From positions 1,280,001 to 1,344,000 of the forward strand of contig OY970368.1 in assembly GCA_963718615.1 (NCBI GenBank): a stretch of 64,000 nucleotides of DNA, written 5' to 3'. Under the pieces are notes generated by a model. That model was not told the DNA's origin, ran no database searches, and saw only the letters and a list, made by a program, of their open reading frames with translations. The translations under genes were made by a program, and so were the position numbers. Shown in pieces: positions 32,482 to 42,900 of this stretch. Positions within the stretch are counted from its first letter, which is position 1. Every line of letters begins with the position of its first letter. Source of the DNA: an uncultured cyanobacterium. GTDB lineage: Bacteria; Cyanobacteriota; Cyanobacteriia; PCC-9006; JAAUQQ01.

Positions 32482-33315
32482 ATGTGGGTCCAAGATTTTT
32501 TGCGAGCTGACACGATGGTCACCACTGGCTATGGATGTGAGATTACCGATCGCCATACTCGCCTTCTTCGCCTTGCCCTGTCCCTAGACGAAAGCTTTCT
32601 ATACTGGCAACATGTGCGTTTGGGTCTTAAAGTCGGGGATCAAGCAGTGACTGCCTTCGATGAGCGCTGGTTTGGTAGTAAAAGCATGGCACGGATCAAA
32701 ACACTGCTAGGCCTACTGGGTCACCGGTATGGGTCCTATCCTGTAACGCTGATGATTCTTCAACAATGGCTGCCTCGGGATCGGGTGACACGCCAAAATT
32801 TATGTCACTGGCATTTGCAGCTAGCAGACCCTAGTTACCGTGCCTTCGCCGGAAATTTTTTGCCCAATCGCTATGACTATGGCGAAGCCGTGATCAATCG
32901 CGATATCGTAGCTCGCTGGGTACAAACCCAGTTTCCTGATTGGACGTCTGCAACGGTCAGGCGCATGGCTACGGCACTAATGACTTCAGCGACAGAAGCC
33001 GGTCTCTGCAGCCGTGGCTCTGGAACACGCCAGCTAAGCTATCCCAAAGTGAGAGATGAGGCGCTGACCTACTGGCTCTATCTGCTCCGACAGATCAAGT
33101 TTGAAGGTAGTTTGCTAAGGAATCCTTACTTCCGCTCCGTAGGATTGGAGGGAGCCTTTTTGGAAGAACGGCTGGCAAAACTGTCCGGTTTGAGTTTTCG
33201 TCGGATGGGAGATATCCATGAGTTTGGCTGGCGCTACGCGAACTTGCAATGTTGGGCCGTTGATGCGCTCAATCTTGATGCCTCAGTCATTCTGGAAGGA
33301 GAAACTGGAGCATGA
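32482..33315 (+). CDS. brxA: BREX protein BrxA (DUF1819-like)
   Basis: Position between brxE and brxB; CHWHLQLADP.YR.F motif; start uncertain (32482 or 32515). Confidence 0.78.
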   Translation: MWVQDFLRADTMVTTGYGCEITDRHTRLLRLALSLDESFLYWQHVRLGLKVGDQAVTAFDERWFGSKSMARIKTLLGLLGHRYGSYPVTLMILQQWLPRDRVTRQNLCHWHLQLADPSYRAFAGNFLPNRYDYGEAVINRDIVARWVQTQFPDWTSATVRRMATALMTSATEAGLCSRGSGTRQLSYPKVRDEALTYWLYLLRQIKFEGSLLRNPYFRSVGLEGAFLEERLAKLSGLSFRRMGDIHEFGWRYANLQCWAVDALNLDASVILEGETGA

Positions 33316-33950
33316 CGCCAGGAGGAACACTCAACACATCAATTGATGCAGCTGTGGAATCCCTTAGGCAGGATCTCCTTGGAGTTGATGGACCCAAAAT
33401 CAGCACCATGCGAAATTATCGCTTTGCTATTTTGCTGTACGACCCCAAGGCAGAATTTACACTGCGAGGTCGGATTCGTTATTTAAGTGATGAATTACAG
33501 GGAAAAGGATGGAATATATTATCTATTTCCCTACATAAGCTGCTCTTGGATCGACTGCATGCAGAAGACCCAGAAATTCTGGAAAGCCTGATGCAGCGCG
33601 AGCAGCGGCTGTACCGACGCTCCCCCGAACGTGCGCTGAACCACCTTAAGGAAAAAGTCGCTCCCTACATCGAAGGTCCAGAGGGAATCGCGAAGGACGT
33701 TGTGAATTGGGTCAACCAATTTGTGACCGACCATCCCGATGAGACGGATCGAACGCTGGTTTTTCTTGGACGGGCAGGGGCTCTCTACCCATTCTTTCGC
33801 TCCTCTGCTTTGCTCAAGCACCTGGATGGTAAGACACAAAACTTACCCGTTGTCCTACTTTATCCAGGCACGAAGAAAGAGCTGAATGCTTTATCGTTTA
33901 TGGGAGAACTAGCGTCGGATCGGGATTACCGTCCCCGGATCTACTCTTAA
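33312..33950 (+). CDS. brxB: BREX protein BrxB (DUF1788)
   Basis: FAILLYDPKAEF, GALYPFFRSSALL, PVVLLYPG, LSFMG...DYRPRIY; ATGA overlap with brxA. Confidence 0.9.
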   Translation: MTPGGTLNTSIDAAVESLRQDLLGVDGPKISTMRNYRFAILLYDPKAEFTLRGRIRYLSDELQGKGWNILSISLHKLLLDRLHAEDPEILESLMQREQRLYRRSPERALNHLKEKVAPYIEGPEGIAKDVVNWVNQFVTDHPDETDRTLVFLGRAGALYPFFRSSALLKHLDGKTQNLPVVLLYPGTKKELNALSFMGELASDRDYRPRIYS

Positions 33951-34038
33951 AAGCATCTAGCAATCCGAGATTTGGGATTGCTCCAGACTGAACTCAGGGT
34001 GTATTCCTCGCCCTTAAACGGTAAAAGGACTCGATCGC

Positions 34039-37000
34039 ATGAAACTCGCGGCAATTTTTGCCAGGGATGTTACTCGGAACATCCCGCCCGTCGTCTACTT
34101 CCATGAGCAGACTCCCGAGAAACTAGCAGAAGAAGTTTCTGAGTACATTATCACCGGAGGCTATGCCGATGGGGATCCCCGTGCGCAGCAGTCGAAGGCG
34201 ACGGGAATTCATGAGCAGTTTGTGCGGCTGCTCGGTGGAATTGCCAAAGCGTTAGGAAAGTCTGGTGGTCCAGAGCTGCCTGCCTCTTGGATTTCTGGTT
34301 TTTACGGTTCGGGTAAGTCGAGCTTCGCCAAGTTATTGGGGCTAGCGCTGGATGGGAAAGCGCTGCCCGATGGTCGTGGATTGGCCGCAGCGCTGTTAGC
34401 TCGGGATGACTCTGCCAAAGCCCAGGAGTTCCAGAAGGTTTGGGATGAGCTTAAAAGTCAGATTGACCCCATTGCAGTGGTCTTCGATATCGGTGCGGTG
34501 GCGCGGGATGATGAGCAGATCCATAACGCGATTCGACGGCAGCTCCAGCTGCGACTGGGCTATTGCGAGAATAGTTATGTAGCGGACTATGAGCTGAAGC
34601 TGGAGCAGGATGGCAAATGGGCTGAGTTTTTGGCCTGTGCCCAGCAGTCGTTGGGTAAGCCTTGGGATGAGGTGAAAACCGAAAAACTGGCTGAGGATAA
34701 GTTCTCCGCTGTTCTCCATGCCTTAATGCCAGAACTCTATTCTGAGGAGATGGCTTGGATTGATAGCCGGGCCGGGAGTCAGACGGGCATGGGCAGTTCG
34801 GCAGAAGAGGCGACCCAGGCGATCGCGGCCATGCTCAACTATCGCGCCAAGGACAAGACGCTGTTCATCGTCGTGGACGAGGTGAGCCAATACATCTTCC
34901 AGAACACGGGGCGGATGCTGGCGCTCCAGTCCTTTGTGTCATCGCTGGGGCAGCGGCTTAAGGGCCAGGTTTGGCTGCTGGCAACAGGCCAACAAAAGCT
35001 GGAAGACAACGAAGATGAGAGCAACATTGGCAAACTCAAGGACCGCTTTCCGCCGTCGCTGCGGGTGCATTTAGCGCCAGCGAATATCAAAGACGTGGTC
35101 CACAAGCGACTGCTGAAGAAGAACGCCAGCGAGGAGCCAGCCCTGCGGCAGCTCTTTGCCCAGCATCGCAGCGAGCTGAAGCTCTATGGCTACCAGTGCG
35201 ACAACATCACGGAAGAGGATTTTGTCGAGGTGTATCCGCTGCTGCCGGGCTATGTGGACCTGGTGATGCAGATCGCCTCGAACCTGCGGACGCGTTCGGC
35301 CAAGGCCAAGGGGGATGACTATGCCATTCGTGGTCTTTTGCAGTTGCTGGGCGAACTTTTCCGTGAGCAAAGGCTGGGAGAAAAGGATCTTGGCGAGCTG
35401 ATCACTTTAGATCAAATCTTTGAGATTCAGCGTTCTGCTTTGGACAACGATGTTCAAATTACCCTGAGTCGAATCTTTGACCACAACGCTGTGTTAGCTA
35501 ATTCTCCAGAAGAACGGGCGGCCAAGGCTGTGGCCCTGTTAGAACTGATCCAAGACCAGGAGCCCACCACGCCAGCGCTGGTGAGCCAATGTTTGTACCA
35601 GCGGCTGGGGGCAGGTAATCAAACGACTCAGATTGAGCAGGCCTTGAATAATCTCCGCGATTGGGGGCTGCTGTCCTATTCCGAGAAAACGGGCTATAAA
35701 ATCCAAAGTTCTGCGGGGCAAGAATGGGGGAGGGAGCGGGATAGCTATTCTGTTTCTTCGGGGGTGAGGAGCGAGCTGGTGGCGAGCAAGCTCAAGGATT
35801 TGTTGGGTGGGCTGGCTCGGCCTCGCTACCAAAACAACACCTTTCGCTGGTCTGCCTTTTACAACGATGGTAAGGAACAGCGAGAGGTGCCGTTGCAGAG
35901 CCCCCGTGACCTGGATGTGGTGACGGTGGATTTTCGCTATCTCAAAAGTAAGGACGATCGCAAACCCGATCTATGGATTCAGGAGAGCGATACTCATTTA
36001 TTGAAAAACCGTCTGATTTGGGTGGTGGGTGAAACCGGCGAATTGGACAGCCTCTTGCAGCACTTGGGGCGCTCCAAGCACATGCTGAGTAAGTATGAGT
36101 CGCGCAAACAGTCCTTGTCTGATGCGAAGAAGCGGTTGCTCGGGGATGAGCAGAGCAATTGCGATCGCCTAGAGAGCAAGGTCAAAGACGCCGTCAGCGC
36201 TGCCTTCATGGCGGGGGAGGTGTATTTCCAGGGGCGTAAGCTGGACAAGCAGACCCTGGGGAGTAGCTTTACGCAGCTGCTGGAGCAAGCGGCCAATCAT
36301 GTGCTGCCCCAGCTCTATAGCCGCTATGAGGGTACTCGCGTGGACCCGGCGGAGCTGAAGCAGCTACTGGCCAAGGAAATATCCGGGCCGTCCCAGAAGT
36401 TTATGGCGGGGGGCCTAGGCATCTTGGAAGAGGATGCGGGCAAATATACGCCGGTTTGTAATGGGACTGTGCCCCAGCGGATTTTGCAATATGTCCAGGA
36501 GGAGCAGGGGGTTGCCGGGGGAACCTTGCTCAGCCACTTTGGGGGACCGCCCTATGGTTACACGCCGGACCTGGTGCGGGCCTGTTTGGCAGGGTTGCTG
36601 CGGGGGCGCAAGCTCTCTATTCGACCGGAATCGGGCGCGGTGATCACATCCATTCAGGATGCGGGGGCGCGGGATATGTTCGAGAAGGATCGGGAGCTGA
36701 AGCGGGCTGAGGTGCTGCCGCCCAGCGAGACGGGAATTACGCCGCGCGATCGCATCAGCATGTGCAAGCTATTTGAAAAATACTTCAACACCGAGCTGGA
36801 GCGCGAAGACGATGCGATCGCCGATGCGGTTTTCCAATATTTCCCGGCCCAGTCCCAGCGCATTCGCGAGTTAGAGGCCAAGTACAATCGGCTGCCCCAG
36901 CGGCCCCCCTTGCCCAGCAGCATTGAGAAGCTGCGCGATGCTTTGCCCAAATGCGTGGGTGCTCGTCAGGTGGACCCAACCCTAAAGGAACTGAAGCGTC

Positions 37001-37665
37001 AGTTAGATGTTTTGGGGGATGGCTTACAGAAGCTGGGGATTATCCTGTCGGAGCTGACCGATGAGCGGCTGGCGGCGGTGGAGCGGGCGATGGGGGTGCA
37101 GCAAAACCAGGTGCAGCAGCTCCAGGCGGTGGAGCGAGATGGGGCCGTGCAGGGGGCGATCGCCAAATTAGCAGATCAGCTCGCCCTAGATGAGCCCTGG
37201 CGGGATATTGCGGCGCTGGATGCTGACCTCACAGCCATTGAACAGCACTACAAAGAGGTAAGGCTCTCGCTGCTTCAGGCCCAGGAGCAGGCGGCGGAGC
37301 AGATTAAAACCCAGATTCAGCGCCGTTCTGGGTTCTCGACGCTGAGTGCTGATCGGGCGGAATATGTCGTTGAGCCCGTGCGCAAAGCAGTAGATGACAC
37401 CACCCAGGAGGCCCTTTACCCTGAGCTACTACGACTGAAGGATTCTGCGAAGCTGCGGTTGCAGCGGGCTGCGGAACAGGCAAATAGCTATTTGGATGAT
37501 GCGCTGTCCACGGTGTCCGAAACAGAGGTGATTCTCTTCGATGCCCAGTTGAAGCATCAGGAAATCGGTTCGCCTGAGGAGGTGGAAGCGTTGGTCAATC
37601 GGCTCAAGGAGCGGCTGTTGGCTCAGCTCGCTGGAAAGGACAATGTGCGAATTCGGATCCAGTAA
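34039..37665 (+). CDS. brxC: BREX P-loop ATPase BrxC
   Basis: 1208 aa, EVSEYIIT, WISGFYGSGKSSFAK, IVVDEVSQY, KLKDRF, EVYPLLP. Confidence 0.93.
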   Translation: MKLAAIFARDVTRNIPPVVYFHEQTPEKLAEEVSEYIITGGYADGDPRAQQSKATGIHEQFVRLLGGIAKALGKSGGPELPASWISGFYGSGKSSFAKLLGLALDGKALPDGRGLAAALLARDDSAKAQEFQKVWDELKSQIDPIAVVFDIGAVARDDEQIHNAIRRQLQLRLGYCENSYVADYELKLEQDGKWAEFLACAQQSLGKPWDEVKTEKLAEDKFSAVLHALMPELYSEEMAWIDSRAGSQTGMGSSAEEATQAIAAMLNYRAKDKTLFIVVDEVSQYIFQNTGRMLALQSFVSSLGQRLKGQVWLLATGQQKLEDNEDESNIGKLKDRFPPSLRVHLAPANIKDVVHKRLLKKNASEEPALRQLFAQHRSELKLYGYQCDNITEEDFVEVYPLLPGYVDLVMQIASNLRTRSAKAKGDDYAIRGLLQLLGELFREQRLGEKDLGELITLDQIFEIQRSALDNDVQITLSRIFDHNAVLANSPEERAAKAVALLELIQDQEPTTPALVSQCLYQRLGAGNQTTQIEQALNNLRDWGLLSYSEKTGYKIQSSAGQEWGRERDSYSVSSGVRSELVASKLKDLLGGLARPRYQNNTFRWSAFYNDGKEQREVPLQSPRDLDVVTVDFRYLKSKDDRKPDLWIQESDTHLLKNRLIWVVGETGELDSLLQHLGRSKHMLSKYESRKQSLSDAKKRLLGDEQSNCDRLESKVKDAVSAAFMAGEVYFQGRKLDKQTLGSSFTQLLEQAANHVLPQLYSRYEGTRVDPAELKQLLAKEISGPSQKFMAGGLGILEEDAGKYTPVCNGTVPQRILQYVQEEQGVAGGTLLSHFGGPPYGYTPDLVRACLAGLLRGRKLSIRPESGAVITSIQDAGARDMFEKDRELKRAEVLPPSETGITPRDRISMCKLFEKYFNTELEREDDAIADAVFQYFPAQSQRIRELEAKYNRLPQRPPLPSSIEKLRDALPKCVGARQVDPTLKELKRQLDVLGDGLQKLGIILSELTDERLAAVERAMGVQQNQVQQLQAVERDGAVQGAIAKLADQLALDEPWRDIAALDADLTAIEQHYKEVRLSLLQAQEQAAEQIKTQIQRRSGFSTLSADRAEYVVEPVRKAVDDTTQEALYPELLRLKDSAKLRLQRAAEQANSYLDDALSTVSETEVILFDAQLKHQEIGSPEEVEALVNRLKERLLAQLAGKDNVRIRIQ

Positions 37666-37682
37666 GCTGGGCAGGCTGATCG

Positions 37683-38994
37683 CTAGCCTCTAATGAGCGT
37701 GATGGCTCGATTTTGAGGACTGCATATAATCTCACTGGAGGTCCGGTCTGCGATCGCCCCCACCCCATCACTCTGGTCAAAAATCACGAGCCAGCCAGAC
37801 TGAAGTCCCAGCCCAGCCAAATACTGATCCAATTGCTCCAGGCCCGCCGCCAAAGGATCGGGTCGCCCTGAGCGCCAGACCTTTAGCTCAATGCCCAGGG
37901 TGACTGCTCGATAGCGAAACGGTCGTGGAATAGGCCAACATGCGCGGCATCACCTCCCGGTAAATGGGATTGGCAATGACTAAGCTGCCGGTCTCATCCA
38001 GGCGGCAAAGGCCCAGATCGATGACAAATTCAATGTCATCCACTGGCACATCGCCTAGGGGTTGCCCTGCCAACATGGGCTCCAGGATGGACTTGATCCG
38101 AGGCTCTCTGATGCGACTGGCGAGGCTGTCAATGTGGGTGTCGCGTCGTTGGATGAGCAGCTCTTTGGCGGCTTGAATATGCTCCTCGGTGATGGCAAGC
38201 GTGGGATCTGGAGCGACCACTTCTACGGCCTGTCTGGCCAGGGCATTGACGAGCCAGGGGTGGCCGTTGCTGAGGTGATAGGCGAGCTGGGTGGCGGCTG
38301 GGGTAAAGACCTGTCCGGTGTCTTCGCTGTGCTGGGCGTAGAGGGTGGCGACTTCCTCGGGGGTAAAGTTGCCCAGGGTGAGGGATTCAATTTTGATGTT
38401 GAAGGGACTGGCGGTGTGGAGTCGTTCGCTGCCGCCGGAGGCAACCTTGTAATCCCGCACATCCCTGAGGCCGATGAGGGCAACGGACTGGGGAAAGCCT
38501 TGGGGGCGACGGGGATAGCCGGAGCGAATTTGTCTGAGCAAGGAGATGAGAACTTCGTTTTCGAGGGCATCGACCTCGTCGATGAGGAGCACAATGGGAC
38601 GGGGGGAGGAGATGGCCCAGCCTTGCAAAGCACCATTGATGCTTGTGCCTGAATTTGCTTCGGGCCAAGAAAGGGGCTGAAGTTCGGGGGGAAGGTGATA
38701 TTGGATCCCCAGGAGCCATTCTTGGAGTATGGCTTGCTCTGCGGCAGTTGGGTCATCGGGATAGCCTGCACCCACTTCTGCGGAGACCATGACGGCGCAA
38801 TATTGGCCGCTGGCGGTGAGCTGCTGGGCGAGCGCGAGCATGGCGGTGGTTTTGCCGGTTTGGCGGGGGGCATGGATGACGAAGTAGCCCTGCTGGTCAA
38901 TCAAGCGCTTGACGGTGGGCAAGCGCGTTGCAGGGGGGAGCATGTAGTGCAGGTCGGGCCGACAGGGACCAGCGGTGTTGAACCAGCGTGCCAT
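37683..38994 (-). pseudogene. AAA-like ATPase with C-terminal PD-(D/E)XK-type domain, broken by internal deletion/frameshift
   Basis: MARWFNTAGPC, HAPRQTGKTT, LLIDEVD; reading frame stops at 37888, but the C-terminus ...LGIELKVWRSGRPDPL..GLEQLDQYL..LG...GWLVIFDQ...ITLIRG* continues in another frame to 37683. Confidence 0.8.
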
Positions 38995-38998
38995 GGAA

Positions 38999-39499
38999 CT
39001 AACTCTCTCCAGATTGCTTGAGTGCAATATCAATCACTGCCTGGCTAAGGCGAATGCCCTGGCCTAACATACGCTGGATTGAGTCTTTGAGAGTGACGGG
39101 ATGCCCTTCTCGCTTGGCACGGAGCAAGATTCCGATGGAGCCCGTGAGTTGCAATCCACTTAAACGTGCAATTCGTCGCCCGACGGCTTCGTCAATACAG
39201 ACCGTCGGAATGTTTCGATCCAGAGCAAGCTGAATGACGGCTGCCTCGCCCAGATCCAGAGAATTTGCCAGCATTGGATTTGGCGTTACCGGCTGGGTTT
39301 GTTTTTTAAGCCATGTTGCTTCATTAAATGCCACTAGACCGAAGCCACTAGGACCGCCTGCGGCTATTTCCTTGCAGACTTCTTGGGGGATCCAAACCTC
39401 TGTATAGAGTTCGCGCAGGATCTTCAAATCTCCCAAGGCTGCAATCAGGGCAAGTGTTGGCGAGGTATTCATGACAATGGTCTTGGCAGTATCAGGCAT
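38999..39499 (-). CDS. DUF3368 PIN-like putative toxin
   Basis: NTSPTLAL, IPQEV..E, LDLGEAAVI.LA, IDEAVGRR.A..GL..TGSIGIL. Confidence 0.88.
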   Translation of the reverse strand: MPDTAKTIVMNTSPTLALIAALGDLKILRELYTEVWIPQEVCKEIAAGGPSGFGLVAFNEATWLKKQTQPVTPNPMLANSLDLGEAAVIQLALDRNIPTVCIDEAVGRRIARLSGLQLTGSIGILLRAKREGHPVTLKDSIQRMLGQGIRLSQAVIDIALKQSGES

Positions 39500-39746
39500 T
39501 GTCTAGATCTGAAAGAATATCTTCTGCTGTGAGGTCAATCATGGCTACGTTGTAGCGATGGAGGTTAAGGAGGAAGAACACTCGATCTACTCCTAAGAGC
39601 TGTGCAGCCATTCCAGAAGAGAGGCGCTGGAGTTCAAAGAGCTTCACTGCCATGGCCCATTTGGCTTCTTCTTCAAACTGCTGGCGGGTTTGGTGAAGCG
39701 CATCTGGGAGGCGATCTGGATAATCGATGGAAAGGCTCTGAACCAT
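39492..39746 (-). CDS. UPF0175 family putative antitoxin
   Basis: AVKLFELQRLSSGMAAQLLGVDRV.F; overlaps the DUF3368 start. Confidence 0.88.
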   Translation of the reverse strand: MVQSLSIDYPDRLPDALHQTRQQFEEEAKWAMAVKLFELQRLSSGMAAQLLGVDRVFFLLNLHRYNVAMIDLTAEDILSDLDNA

Positions 39747-39916
39747 GGTTCTTGGGGCTTTTAGGCGACTTTAACCATTGTAGTCGCATGAACCGAGGAA
39801 GCTGAGGAGGGATAGATCGCATCATTGCATTGACGAAGATTGCAATTCCTAGGGATTTTCACCGAATTGAAGGAAAATTAGTGACTGACTTGCTCTCTCT
39901 CTAGACTCTGGTTTCG

Positions 39917-42900
39917 ATGACTGCTGCCGTTGCTCTGCTGACCGCTGACGCGAAGACGAAGCTTTCGAGTACGATTCGGGGGCTGCGCGATCGCCTCCTC
40001 ACGGATCTCCACAACGCCGCTGATAGCGCCTATAAGCTGAGTATTCGCGATCGCACCCAAGCGGGTCTCACAGAAGCCCAACGCCGCAAACGCCAGCGCC
40101 TAGAGGAATGGCTGGATGAGCAATTGCGGGCGGAGCTGGGCAAGCAAACCCCTGTGAAGGGCAAACCGGTGAAGCCGCCGACGAAGGCCGCAGAGCGACA
40201 AATCTGGGAACGCCACCTGCGGGATGCGGAAAAGCTAGCAGCGGCGACGCTGTTGAATCGGCTGGTGGTGATTAAGCAACTGGAGGCCATGGGTGAGATT
40301 AAGCCCAAGGTGGTGACGGGGGGCTGGGAGAGTCCGGGGTATCGGGATTTTCGGGATTTTGCGCCGGAGCTGTGTCGGGCGGATGCGGGGGATGGCACGG
40401 AGGGCTATAGCTTTTTGTTGCAGTTGCTGTTTGATGAGCTGGCGCTGGAGCTGCCGGGGTTGTTTGGGCCGGTGGGCCAGATGACGGGGTTAACGGAGTT
40501 GTTTCCGGTGCCAGAGGCGACGCTGCGCCATGTGGTGGAGCAGTTGAATCAGCCGGAGCTGGAGTCGGCTTGGGGGGATGATACGACGTTGGGCTGGGTC
40601 TATCAGTATTGGAATGACCCGGAGCGGGAGGCGCTAGATGCCAAGTTGAATGGCGGGGGCAAGGTGGAGCCCCATGAGGTTGCCAGTAAGACGCAGATGT
40701 TTACGGAGCGCTACATGGTGGAGTGGCTGCTGCAAAACAGTTTGGGGCAGCAGTGGTTGGCGATTTGTGCGGGGAATGGCTGGGTGCCGTGGGTGGAGTC
40801 GGAGGGGGTGTTGGCGCGGTTGGCGGCGCGGCGGGCGGAGTGGCGAGCAAAGCGGGAGGCGGGGGAGGTGGCGCTGGATGCGTTGATGCCGATTGAGACG
40901 GCGTTGGAGGGGCGGTGGAAGTATTGGGTGGAGCAGCCGGGGGTGAGGGGTAGCCAAAGCCTCACCAGCATTCGCGATATCAAGATCCTAGATCCCGCCT
41001 GCGGTTCAGGCCATTTTTTGGTGATTGCGTTTGATTTGTTGGTGGCGTTGTACGAAGAAGAGGCGCGGCACCGGGGGGTGGATTGGAGCGGGGCGGAGAT
41101 TGGGGAGTGGATTTTGGCGAATAATTTGCATGGGCTGGATTTGGATCCGAGGGCGGTGCAGATTGCGGCGGCGGGGTTGTTTTTGAAGGCGCGGGGGTTA
41201 GGGGCGCGGGTGAGTCGGTTGAATTTGGTGGCGTCGAGTTTGAGTTTGGCGACGTTGCCGGGGGATGATCCGGCGCGGGTGGCGTTGCAGGTTGAGGTTG
41301 AGGCTGCAACTGGGATTCCGGCGCAGTTGACGGAGCAGATTGTGGCGGCGTTGGCGGGGGCGGATGCTTGGGGGAGTTTGTTGAGGGTGGATGAGGCGGT
41401 GGATCGGGCGATTCGGGAGTTTGAGGCGGGGGTGCAGTTGGAACTTGGGGCTGGTGCTCCTCTCTCTCGCCAAGAACAAGCAGCGGGGAGAGGGGTTGGG
41501 GGTGAGGGTCTTCGTGCTCTGTTGGTGGAGCGGCTGGAGGCGTTTTTGGCGCGGTGTACGCGGAGTGATGATTTGGGGTTGCGGTTGCGGGGGGAGCAGT
41601 TGGCGGCGGGGGTGCGGTTTATTCGGTTGGTGCGGGAGGGGGCTTATGATTTGGTGGTGGGGAATCCGCCGTATCAGGGCTCTAGCAAGATGGCGGAGGA
41701 TGGCTATTTGAAGCGGCATTATCCGAGGGGGAAGGCGGATTTGTATGCGGCGTTTTTGGAGCGGGGGTTGCAGTTGGCAAAGCCGGGTGGGTTGTCGGCG
41801 TTGTTGACGATGCGGAATTGGATGTTTATTAGTCAGTATTCGGCAATTCGTGAATATTTGATTGATAATTTTGATTTGCGATCTTTAGGTGATTTTGATC
41901 GCGGGGCATTTGATGAGGTGCCCAATGAAGTTTTGGCCGTGGTGATGAGTGTGTTTCGTAATCAGCCGCCTTCGGGGGAGTTGAGTGTTGCGCTTCAGCC
42001 GACGCCGTTTGATGATTTATCCTATGACCGGCAGCGGACGAATCGGAAGCGGGCTGCGGTGTTGGCTCAGTTGGGGCGGTTTGAGTTTAGGAGCGATCGC
42101 TTCGAGGCCATCAAAGAAAAGCCGCTCATCTACTGGTGGGATGAGGAGTTTCTGAAGCGATATGCTGAGACCTCTAAAGTTGGAGAAGAAGCACCTGTTA
42201 AGTTCGGAGCCAACACAGGAAATAACTCTCGTTTTATTAGATCACCATGGGAAGTCCAAAGCAACTCAATTTACGCGGTCAAAACTTTTGCTACAAATGC
42301 ATTAAGCTCTACTTTTCGCTGGGTTCCATACATAAAAGGTGCTGCAGGTAAAGTCTGGTTTGAAAACTTGAGTCACATCATTAAATGGCAGCAACAGGCC
42401 TTAGAGCTTAAAGTCAGCGTTGTTCATAACTATGGCGAGGCTGGGCTGAACTGGAAGATCTGCAATAGCCAATATTATTTTGAGCCAGGAATTGCCTTTG
42501 TTATGATTGGTGCAGGCTTTTCAGCAAGGGCTCACAGATATAAAAGTGTCATCGATTCAATGGGTACATCGGTTTTTTCTAATGATTTATCTGAAGTTAC
42601 ATGTTTGTTAAATAGTTATCTCAGTAAGACAATTGCAACTGCGTTGAATCCTTCGATTCATTTTCAAGTCGGCGACGTAAACCGCCTCCCCCTCTTCCCC
42701 ATCGAATCCGCCGACGAAATCTTCATCCAACTAGATCGCGCCTTCACCCAACACGAAGCCGCCCGCGAAACCTCCATCGAATTCAAACAACCCGGCCCCA
42801 CCTGCTGGCCCTACGCCCAAACCTGGGCACAACAAGCCGTAGACCGCCCCGCCGGAACTCCCTTACCTGAGTGGCAACCCGAATACGAAAATCCAGAACC

